Source of the DNA: Carpediemonas membranifera BICM
Lineage: Eukaryota > Protista > Fornicata
Length of the DNA: 64,000 bases
Direction: 5' to 3'
NCBI GenBank assembly: GCA_019828565.1
Contig: JAHDYR010000067.1
Location: 1-64,000, forward strand
The first letter of the stretch is position 1. Every line of letters starts with the position of its first letter. Below the pieces are notes generated by a model. The model was not told the origin of the DNA. It made no database searches and saw only the letters and a program-made list of their open reading frames with translations. Below are positions 45,201 to 55,223 of the stretch, piece after piece. Both the position numbers and the translations under genes were made by a program.

Positions 45201-47810
45201 CAGTCGCCCCCCATCAATTGTGATGCCGTGCACGTCGCAGTTGTCAGTTCAATGAGGGTGCTGGCGATCAACTCGCTGGAGCCGGCACTCGAGGCCGAGC
45301 TTTCCAGGATCATCCAGGGCCTCGCCGACGACCAAAAGGCGATTCGTATGAGGGAACGCGAGATGTTGTCACTTCTCAGAGAGCAAGGAGCCGATCTGCT
45401 CGCTGACACCGCAGTGGTCGCCGCCCTCCAGAAGCTGAAGAGCGTCGCAACCACTCTTGCCGACCGCATCGAGCAGTCACGGTTGTCTCACGCCCGCGTT
45501 ACTGAGGCCAGAGAGCGCTACACGCCGCTAGCTAGACGCGGTGCAGCACTTTATGCGGCAGCGTCATCCCTCGCTGGGCTAGACCAGTTGTACCACACCT
45601 CGCTGCAGAATATCACCAGGGTATTCAGCAGCGCTGTAATTACCGCGCCTGTCTCTGCCACTCTCGATTCAATCATATCTCTTGTGACAGAATCTATTAT
45701 CGCACATCTATTGACCGCAGTCCACCCGAATCACCGGCCTACTGTTGTCATGCTATGTCTCATGGAAGTTGCGATGGAACAAGGCGTGCCCGCTGACATT
45801 GCCCGCCTGTGCTACACAAACCCCACAAGAGTTGTCAGGAAGTGCCCTGCTGCCGGCATCAAACTCCCTTCAGAGCACCCCGATTCTGACCCTATCCCTG
45901 ATGGCCTCTCCGCCGATGCCTGGGAGGTCGCCGTGAAGCTCGACCGCACCGTTGCCGAGTTCGATGGCCTCGCCGTACTCGCCCAGGAGGGCACGCTCAG
46001 CCTCTTCGCCAGCGGGTCAGGTCCGTTCCCCGCTAAACTGCGGCAGCGACTTCCCGTCGACCCGCTGACCCGGGCATGCCTCGTGCTCGGCGTCACCCGA
46101 CTCCTGCGGCCTGACATGCTTCAAAGCACCGCAGTGTCTGTCTGTCCAGAGGCTCTCGGCTGCCATGTCGGGCCGACCGTCGACTTCAACACGGTGCTCG
46201 TTGAAAGTGTCGAAGCTCCCATGCTCACCATCTCTGCTCCAGACCTTGACCCTGTGGTGGCCTTGGACGCAGCTGTGGCGGCCTGCCGCCTCCCAGAGGT
46301 TGTCAGTGTGATCGTCGGCACCCCCATCAAACAGCTGAGCACACTCACTACCGAGAAGCCTCACGGCGTCACTGTCCTCGTCCAGAACATCCAGCTCAAT
46401 GGCCCCTGGGCGCTGGAACTCGCCCTTCACGCGGCATCATGGCCCAACGTCCGTCTTGTCTTCACTACCGACCCGAGTGCTGAGCTGCCGCCGACCCTGG
46501 TGGCTATCAGTAACACCTTCCACTCCTCCCAGTCGCCATGCATCAGGGATGTCTCGCTCAGGCTCATCAGAGGTCCGCTAGCCGGCCCCATGCGCACTGG
46601 TGACTCTGTAGCCGTCGCTAACGCCGTATTGGCCCACGCGTTGCTTGTTTCTCGAGGCAAATTCGGCTCCTTCGCTTGGGAGACCGCATGCGAGTTCTCT
46701 GACGCTGACGCTGTTGCAGCCGTCTCGCTGCTCACCAGCAGTTCTGACCCAGCGCCCCTCATCGCTGAGACCATTTATGGCGGCCGCGTCACTGGCGATA
46801 CTGACATGGCAGTAATCCGAGAGGTGCTCAGCGGCGCTCTCGCAGGAAAGTCGATCGCCGATGCCGCCTACCATGTACCGCACGGCGTCACGGTCTCCTC
46901 GTTCGAGGCCTTCCTGACTGGCTTGCCCGGCGTCGACGCGCCAGAGCTTTTCGGTCTCCACCGTTCTACAGCTAAGCTTGTCTATGGAATCGAAGCAACT
47001 GCTATCACCCACAAGCTGACGTCGATCTTTATGCGGTCCCAGGCAGTCTCAGAGTCTAATGAGTGGCTTGATGACCTCATTTCCTCGATCCCAAGTCCAC
47101 CAACCATCTCCAGGGTGCCCCAGACCGCCGTTGACCGTAGTATGTGGTATGAAGCCCACTACTTCAGCAAGCAGCTCAGCGATATCGCTTCATCTCTAGT
47201 CAGGTACAAGCAAGCTATCAGCGGCGAGAGACTACTGACGCCAGACATCATTAAGTTCGGGATGACACTGCGCAGAGGCGAGGTACCGGCCGCTTGGCTG
47301 ACGACACCGACAAAGCTCCGGCTTGGAAAGTGGGTGGCGAACCTCCGGCGGAGAGTGTCGCAGATCAACGCCTGGAACGAGAAGACGCTCAAGTCCGTCT
47401 GGCTTGGTGGGCTGACGAAGCCGCAAGACATACTAACGGCAACTCTGCAGGATTTCAGTCGAGCCACCGGGCATCCACTCACAGAGCTCTCGTACGTCGC
47501 ACAGCCTGTCACCACGAGGCCTGAGAGCGGCATCGTACTCAGCGGCCTCACCCTTGTCGGAGGCATCTGGGTATCTGTGAAAGCGACTCTGGTCGAGTCA
47601 GAAGATACGGCAATACAACCGCTGCCGCATGTCTGGCTGGTCCCAGTGCACTCCTACACGCCCCCCGCCGGGCTCTACCATTGCCCCATTTACAGGACTT
47701 CCGACCGGGGGGCCAGTGGTCTTGTCATGACCGTTCCCGTTGGTTGTAGCGGACAGCCCGGCGACTGGGTGCTGAGAGGTGCAGCAATGATCCTTGAAGA
47801 GGTCCAGTAA
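36243..47810 (+). CDS. Axonemal dynein heavy chain, divergent (DNAH6-like N-terminus)
   Basis: [83 protein letters not shown], stalk and MTBD [9 protein letters not shown]. First ATG at 36243. Confidence 0.95.
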   Translation: [3855 protein letters not shown]

Positions 47811-47881
47811 TGTATATATACATCACCACAATACATGACCATAAACACTAGATTTGCCTTAAATCTTTATATACTCGCCGC

Positions 47882-50800
47882 TCACATATTCTCAATACGC
47901 CAAGTAGACTTGACGTTACCAAGGCCGCAGGCATCGCTCACCTCGTCCTTGCTCGCCATCCTAATGTGCTCAATTGTGGCAGGCATCTCGAGGGCGAAGT
48001 AGTCGTCACGGCCGGCCCGCAACGCATCCCAGATAGCGAATGGGACCACCTGGCCGAGGCAGAAGGGGGGCTCGCCTACGCCCTTGGAGGAGCGCACAGC
48101 GCGGGGGTTGACCGAGTTCTTCAGGAACGAGAGACGGAAGTCGTCGGGGATGTCACCGGCACCGGGGATCTTATAAGAGCCGGGACCACGGGAGACGGCG
48201 GTGCCGTTTGTGAGGGTGATGAAGTCCTCGGTGGTGAGCCAGCCCATGCCCTGGATAAACGCACCCTCGACCTGGCCGACGTCGATGGCGGGGTTGATGG
48301 AGCGCCCGACGTCGAAGAGGATGTCAGTGCGGAGGACGTGGTGGTCTCCAGTCTGCACGTCGACCTCGACCTCGGCTACGGCAGCACCAAACGTGAAGTA
48401 GGCGAATGCCTCTCCCGTCTGCGTCACGAAGTCGAAGCCGCTCAGGGGAGTCTTATAAAAACCGTGGGCAGAGAGATCGACCCGATCAAACCAGGCCTTG
48501 ACGCAGAGCTGGTTGAACGGCAGATCAGGGTACTTGGCGCGGTAGGGTGCCAGACGGTCGGCCAGCTCCTCGCACGCGTACTTGACGGCCATGCCGTTGA
48601 GATCGGAGCCGGTCGACGCGCTGGTGGGGGCGACGTTGGCGGTCTTGTCCGTCGCCGTCTCCTGGATTTGGACAGACGACAGGGGGACCTGGAGAGTGTC
48701 TGCGGCAATCTGGGCGACCTTGGTGTGGACGCCCTGTCCCATCTCAATCCCGCCGTGAGAGACGAGGACGGTGCCATCCTTATAAATGTGGACGAGGGCA
48801 GACGCCTGGTTGAGGTAGCTCTGGGTAAATGAGACTCCAAACTTGACTGGTGTGACTGCCAGACCGCGCTTGAGGACGGCGTGACTGGAGTTCCATAGGT
48901 CGACCTCCTGTCTACGGGTCTGGTACTTGCTGGACTTGAGCAGGGCGTCCCAGACCTTGTGGAGGTGGGAGTCCGGGATCTCCTGGTCAAAGTGGGTCCG
49001 GTCGCCAGAGCGGTAGAAGTTGAGGCGGCGGATGGCGAGAGGATCAGCCTTGTGGACGAAAGCGAGGTGTTCCACGGCCTGCTCAATGGCGAAGATGGCC
49101 TGTGGTGCCCCGAAGCCGCGGAATGCCGTGTTCGAGGGCAGGTGGGTGCGGCAGGCATAGCCGCGGACCCTGACGTTGGGGATGTTGTAGCTTCCATCGG
49201 CGTGGAGGCAGGCCCGCTCGAGCACAGAGGCGCTCAGATCGAGTGAGAAGCCGGAGTTGAGGTAAATGTTGAAGTCCAGCGCGGTGATGTGACCCTCGGC
49301 ATCGCAGCCGATCCGGTAGTCGATGCGAGCAGGGTGCCGCTTGCCCGTAGACACCATGTCGGCGTCGCGGTCGAGAACCACGCGGGCCGGGCGGTCAGTG
49401 TGGCGGGCAACAACCGCGGCGACGTCGGGGTAGAGCAGGTTGGACTCCTTACCGCCGAACGCACCGCCGAGACGACGGATGTGGACTGTCACATCGGACT
49501 GGCGGACACCGAGGACGGCGGCCAGTGATTCGTGGATGGCGTTGGGGTTCTGTGTGGTGACGAATACCTTCATGCCGACGTCGTCGACGGGCACGGCTAC
49601 AGCGGCCTGTGTCTCGAGGTAGAAGTGCTCCTGGGCGGGCAGGCGGACTGAGCCCTCGGCCTTGGAGGCGCACTGCTCCCACGCGGCGTCAAAGTCACCG
49701 CTGTCGAGGCACTTGGTCGGGATGATCATGTCGTTGGCCTCGATGGCGTCTTCCACGGTGAGGTGGGGCTTGAGGACCTCGTACTCGACCTTCACGGCCC
49801 TGACACCCGCACGGGCGGCCTCCATGTCCTCCGCGGCGACCAGGGCGATCGGATGGCCAGCATACATGGCTTCCTCGCCGATACCGACCAGGAACCGCTC
49901 GTCCTTGGCCGCCAGACCGATCATCGTGGCAGCGGGGAGGTCCTCGGAAGTGAGAACGGCGACGACGCCGGGGACGGCGAGGGCTGGGGCAGTGTCGACC
50001 CCAGTAACCCGGGCGTGGGGGACGGGGCTGCCGACAATGGCGACGTCGACCGTCCCAGCGGGCACGGGCATCAGTGAAACGTACTCAGCGTTGCCCTTGA
50101 CCTGGGTCTTGGACGAAAGGTGACGGGCCGAGACGTGGGCCTCGCCACAGCCCTCCCCGTCGTGGTGGTCGGCGTCCTCAACGTCGTGGTAGACGTAGCT
50201 AACGTCGTGGGTCCGCTGCAGGCCCTCGGCGGACTCGAGGTCGTCCTTGGTAAAGGTGTCGACACCGTAGTGCTTGGCAGCACCAGCCATCGCTCTGAAA
50301 AGGAGTGTAGCAGCGGCAACCGGTCTGAACGACACCATGGCGCCGGGTGCGTCTGCGGTGAGTTGCATCTCCTGGCCCAGGATGCCGGCCGCCTCGAGGG
50401 CCGTGGCGCGTGTGAGTGCCTTACCCTGCAGGAAGGCCTCGGTCTTGGGTGCCCGCTTCGTCATGGCAGCGAGCCCGCCCATGGCGATGACGGGCCGGAC
50501 GACGGCGCCGTGCTCGAGGGAGAAAGAGATACCGGCGTTGACGGATGAGATATCGTCCTCCTTACGGCGGGACAGCTTGAACGCCTTGACATACCGGGTG
50601 GACCTGGGTACCGTGACGGCTGTGACCAACTCGCCCGGCTGGATTGCTGTGCGGCGGTACCCGGTGATGAACTCCGAGACGGCCATGGTGCGGCTCCCTC
50701 CTGGACCGAGAAGGACAACAGAGGCGTCGGCCGCCATGAGCACGGGAACGAGGTCGCTGATGGGAGAGGCGTTGACGACGTTGCCGGCCACTGTGGCAAC

Positions 50801-51804
50801 GGACCTGACCTGACCCGAGGCGAAGTAGCGCAGCTGCTCCCTGAGGGCCGCGACGGAGAGGTCGGTGATGGCAGCGCGGTGGTCCGCCCACTCAGCAACA
50901 TCGCTAAGAGTGGCAGCGCCGCCGATAGTGATGGTGTTGTCGTCGTGGGAGATGGTCCCGAGACCGGCGACGTGGGCGAGGTGGACGAGCGTCTTAGCCC
51001 TGCTGTCGGGTCTGGCGCGGCGATCAATGGCGACCTCAGTGGCGCCGTTGAAGAACTGGGCCCCGGCAACGAGGGGAATGTCGGCGACGGTGACAGGTCT
51101 ATGGACTGTGGCGGTCTCCGTGGTGAAGACCTCCGTCTGGAGGCGGCGGCCCTTGAGCTCAGCGGGGAACGGGAGGGTGAAGTCGATAGGCCCGTACGTC
51201 ATAGGCTTGTGCAGCTTGGACATGGGGCGGCTGGCGAAGGCGTCCTCGTAGTCAGAGGCGAATGACTTGGCCGCCGCCAGGATAGGGAAGTAACCTGTAC
51301 AGCGGCACAGGTTGCAGTCGAAGGAGTGCTCGATCTCAGCAGCCTTCATGTTGGGGTTGTTGAGAAGGAATGCGGCCAGTGCCATGATGATGCCGGGCGT
51401 GCAATAGCCACTGTGTAATAAAAAGACAGGCAACGAACCATTGGGTGCCGTGGTACTCGGACACGCGCTCCTGGATGGGGTGCAGGGATCCATTCTTGCC
51501 CTTGAGGCCCTCAACGGTGGTGATCATGCAGTTGTCGATGGAAACCATTGGCAAAATGCAGGATACAACGGCGCGGTGCCTCACGCAAACGCTCTCCTCG
51601 TCATAGTGCGACAGGAGGATGGTGCATGCGCCGCAGCCACCCTCTCCGCAAGAGACCTTGGTCCCAGTGTGTCTGTGCACTGAGTAATTGGCATCAGGGC
51701 TACAAACCATGAAGATAATCAGCGACGGGCTGAAGAGGGTCAAAATCTGACGTCTCTATGCGCTTCCCGTTCAAATAGAACACGATTGAGGACGCGGAAG
51801 TCAT
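47882..51804 (-). CDS. XDH: Xanthine dehydrogenase, single-chain (2x[2Fe-2S], FAD, Moco); introns 51680-51707 and 51411-51438
   Basis: GTKVSCGEGGCGACT, Q|CGYCTPG, NLCRCTGY, QEHFYLET, RRLGGAFGGKE, TAFRGFGAPQ, GGIEMGQG, SSKGVGEPP. Two 28-nt introns restore the frame from MTSASSIVFYLNGK. Confidence 0.95.
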
Positions 51805-52061
51805 TGCTTAGCAACTTTGCCCTCTTTCGATTCAGGTCTTTCTCGGTCCCCTGCATCGCCAGAAAATCAGTTGGGTCATGTGGAATCAGGAAAGTGGCCC
51901 ACCCGCCTCAGATCATCGAGCCGTGATGTCTTGCCCGTCTTCCCCATTTTTTTATCCGTCACATTCTTCGGGCGCATGACCCCAACCATTCCCGGACAAC
52001 CAGTAGCACAGTCGCCGCTAACTCCCAACCACACTCATACTCATTCTATACTTTACAGACA

Positions 52062-53144
52062 TCAGTAGTCGGGGTTGTTCCACTCGCTCGCCTTGTTGAA
52101 CTGGTAGACGCCGGGCCCGTACACGAGGCCGTCCTTCCAGGTGCCCGTCAGCGTGTCGCCCGTGGGGAAGAACACCGTGCCCTTGCCCTCCTTGCGGCCG
52201 TTCGCCCACTCCCCCTGGTACTTGAGGCCGTCCGTGTCCATGAACACGCCCTGCCCGTGCCGCTTGTCGTCGCGCCACTCGCCCTCATACCGGCAGCCGT
52301 TGGCGTACTGCAGGATGCCGTAGCCGTGAGCCCTGTCGCCAGACCAGTCGCCGCGGAAGACGTCGCCGTTGGAGTAGTAGAGCTCGCCCTCGCCGTGTTT
52401 CTTGCCGGCCTTCCAGGTCCCGACGTACTTGTCGCCGTGCTCGTATGTGAGGGTGCCCTTGCCCTCGGCCTTGTCGTCCTTCCAGTAGCCCTCGTACCGC
52501 TCGCCGTTCTTGTACGAGAGGACGCCATAGCCGTCCTTGACGTCGTCGCGCCACTCACCGTCGTAGACGTTGCCGTTGGGGAAGACGTACTTGCCCTTGC
52601 CGGCCATCTTGCCGTCAACCCATTCGCCTTCGTAGATACCGCCGTCGGCGTAGAAGTACTTGCCATAGCCGTGCATCTTGCCCTCGTACCAGTCGCCCTC
52701 GTACTTCTCCGCGACGGAGCCGTCGGGGGAGGCGTAGGTGACGACACCCTTGCCGTGGCGCTTGTCGTCCTTCCACTCACCGTCGTAAACGTCGCCATCA
52801 GCGTAGGTATAGACGCCCTTGCCGTGCATGCGGCCGTTCTGCCACTCACCCTCATAGACGTCGCCGTCGTTGTAGTAGAGGGCACCGTAGCCGTTGATGC
52901 GGCCATCAACCCATTCGCCGACGTACTTGTTGCCAGAGGCATAGAAGCTAGTACCCTTGCCGTGGACCTTATCATCCACCCACTCGCCTTCGTAACGGCC
53001 GCCATCGCCGTAGTAGTAGCATCCCATGCCGTGGCGCTTGCCATGGATCCAATCACCTTCATATTTCTCCTGGTTGGGATAAACAAGGGTTCCCCTACCA
53101 TGCATAAGCCCATTTTCAATCTCACCAGTGTATACCAGCGACAT
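52062..53144 (-). CDS. MORN1: MORN-repeat protein, TbMORN1/TgMORN1 type
   Basis: 360 aa of about 15 YEGEW.....HG.G repeats with a [11 protein letters not shown] insertion and terminal DY. Confidence 0.85.
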   Translation of the reverse strand: MSLVYTGEIENGLMHGRGTLVYPNQEKYEGDWIHGKRHGMGCYYYGDGGRYEGEWVDDKVHGKGTSFYASGNKYVGEWVDGRINGYGALYYNDGDVYEGEWQNGRMHGKGVYTYADGDVYDGEWKDDKRHGKGVVTYASPDGSVAEKYEGDWYEGKMHGYGKYFYADGGIYEGEWVDGKMAGKGKYVFPNGNVYDGEWRDDVKDGYGVLSYKNGERYEGYWKDDKAEGKGTLTYEHGDKYVGTWKAGKKHGEGELYYSNGDVFRGDWSGDRAHGYGILQYANGCRYEGEWRDDKRHGQGVFMDTDGLKYQGEWANGRKEGKGTVFFPTGDTLTGTWKDGLVYGPGVYQFNKASEWNNPDY

Positions 53145-53287
53145 TATGGAGGAATTTCTGAGTATTCAGTTTTTCGACTGTGGCGGAGTCGGTTCGAGAA
53201 TTCGTGGCCGGGAGCAAGGCCACTCTCATTGTGCCTGGCCAGCCACCGGTATCAACTAAAGCTTGCCTTTAAATAAACTCGCCCGAC

Positions 53288-54574
53288 TCAATCAGAGTCA
53301 CCGACATACTCCGCTAAAACATCGCCCAAAACCTTCTGTCGAACTTCAACAAACCTCCTGCTCGGCGAGAAGTACTTCAAATAGCCGTTATGTGTGGTAA
53401 ACTTCAGCCCAGCCTTGTCGCTTATGAGTTTCTGCACCCTTGCGGCAAATGCCTCGGCCGACTCCCCATCGAGCTTGTGCTGGGGTGGAAGGAACCAAAT
53501 ATCCGCTACTACGCACCAGGAGTGCCAGATGCGGCAGCAGTAGTTCCAAAAAGTCTCATCCCTCCAATAGGCGTCGCTGAAGAGGTTGTTGTACTTGATG
53601 GTGATCGGGCATATCTCAACATCGGGCACGTCAAAGCTCCCGCGCTTAAACTGCACAGTGCTCGTATTGTTGGTGCAGACGCCCTCTGGGAAGACGAGGA
53701 TGGGGATCTTGGTGTCGTCGCTGACCCTCTTCTTGAGCTGCGTCGTCAACAGGGCGCGCTGCTTGGCCACGAGCCGGTCAAACCACAGAGGCTCCATGCA
53801 TGCCAGGATCCTGTTCTGGATGAATCCGATCCAGCCGCCCTGCTTCTGCCCGACGGTGGCGAAGGGCATGAGGGCCTCAAGGAACACGAAGTCGATCAAA
53901 GATGTGTGGTTGCAGACGTAAATCTGATTCGGTCGGCGAGCAGGGATCACGCCGTGATACTGGATGACCGCAAACCATGTCAGCATGATGATTCTTGCCT
54001 CGAAATGGATCATTCTGCGCTGTATTCTGTGCTTCGTCTTGGTGTCAACTGGGAGCAGGTTGACGGCCATGAACAGCGGCACGAACACCAAGGCGCTGAG
54101 CACGAACGTGAGCACTCTGAATGGCCACATGATCGACCGTATCACGACCCCCAGTAGCCATAGGGGCATGAGGTACATGTTCCAACTCCAGGCCTTGGGG
54201 GGACGGTCCGCAAACACCTCGTTGAAGTCGTCAACAACAAGCGCCTGTGCGGCCTCGAAGCCTGCCGTGATTGCAAGCTGTGTGACGGCGGCAAGGGTCG
54301 TGTCCGTTTCCCTGTGCGGAACGTCCTTCCTCTCCTTGGCCCTCTCCTTGCGAAACATAGTCGCCTCCATGAAGCGGCGAATTGTATCCTGTTCTGTGTC
54401 GGTTAGGCCGATTGGCACGGACGGTAGGACGTGGAATGTTGCGTCCGTCATTATCCTGGATGATTCGCTGCGGCCCTCGGATGCTGATGGCGATATTGCG
54501 TCTGTTGGGATCGTATTCATCCGTTGTGTTACTATCTCGCCCTCGACGGCCGTTGATGAGGCGTCGCTGGGCAT
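53288..54574 (-). CDS. Glycerol-3-phosphate acyltransferase GPAT3/4 (plant GPAT9-like)
   Basis: VVDDF...F......WSWNMYL, YVCNHTSLIDF, WFDR, LVFPEGVCTNN, FKRGSF, GYLKYF. Likely start MPSDASS at 54574. Confidence 0.9.
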   Translation of the reverse strand: MPSDASSTAVEGEIVTQRMNTIPTDAISPSASEGRSESSRIMTDATFHVLPSVPIGLTDTEQDTIRRFMEATMFRKERAKERKDVPHRETDTTLAAVTQLAITAGFEAAQALVVDDFNEVFADRPPKAWSWNMYLMPLWLLGVVIRSIMWPFRVLTFVLSALVFVPLFMAVNLLPVDTKTKHRIQRRMIHFEARIIMLTWFAVIQYHGVIPARRPNQIYVCNHTSLIDFVFLEALMPFATVGQKQGGWIGFIQNRILACMEPLWFDRLVAKQRALLTTQLKKRVSDDTKIPILVFPEGVCTNNTSTVQFKRGSFDVPDVEICPITIKYNNLFSDAYWRDETFWNYCCRIWHSWCVVADIWFLPPQHKLDGESAEAFAARVQKLISDKAGLKFTTHNGYLKYFSPSRRFVEVRQKVLGDVLAEYVGDSD

Positions 54575-55223
54575 AGTGAAATTTTGACTCGGTCGATCTG
54601 AACACATGCTCTGACAAGTCTGAATGACTCTCACGGGGTATGTGTGCCTGCCACCATGCCGCCCTAGTGCGACGAGTGGGTGATGAAATGCTGCCGGGCG
54701 ATTCTCGCTTTCACCTGTCAGTTCTTCTGCTATCGGCACAGGCAGTCTGGCACGGAGCTCTCGAAACCGACACACCCAAGATCGGCGATGACGAATCAGG
54801 TGAAGACTGGTGTCATGTCCGCGGGCACTCCACGAGCTCATCCATTCGTTCCGAACTGAAGATTGGTGAAATCTTTCACGGAGATGAGAAAGACTCCATG
54901 GTTGACCTATGTCCGCTAGATCCTCTGCATCAATCATCACTACTGTTTATTGGCAGCGAGATTCTATTCGCGTTCACCGCTTAGAATCCACCATAGTTAC
55001 GGCAACCGTCCGTACCGGTGTTATCATAGCGATCATCGAAAGGATCTACAGGCGAAGGATGTTGTTGGCCCATTCTAGTCTTGTTCTCTAGCTCTGTGTA
55101 TTTTGAGCAGGAGTCAAATGACTCGGACAATCGTTGACTCTGCACACCAAAATATCGCACGTGGCCGCATGGCAGGGGGCCCCACAGAACAGCAGGGTCT
55201 TGTGCCATGGTACCGCCAGACAA

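Noticed and set aside
54575-54940. 122-aa N-terminal extension of GPAT
   Set aside because: No family similarity; an AT-rich start context precedes the ATG at 54574.
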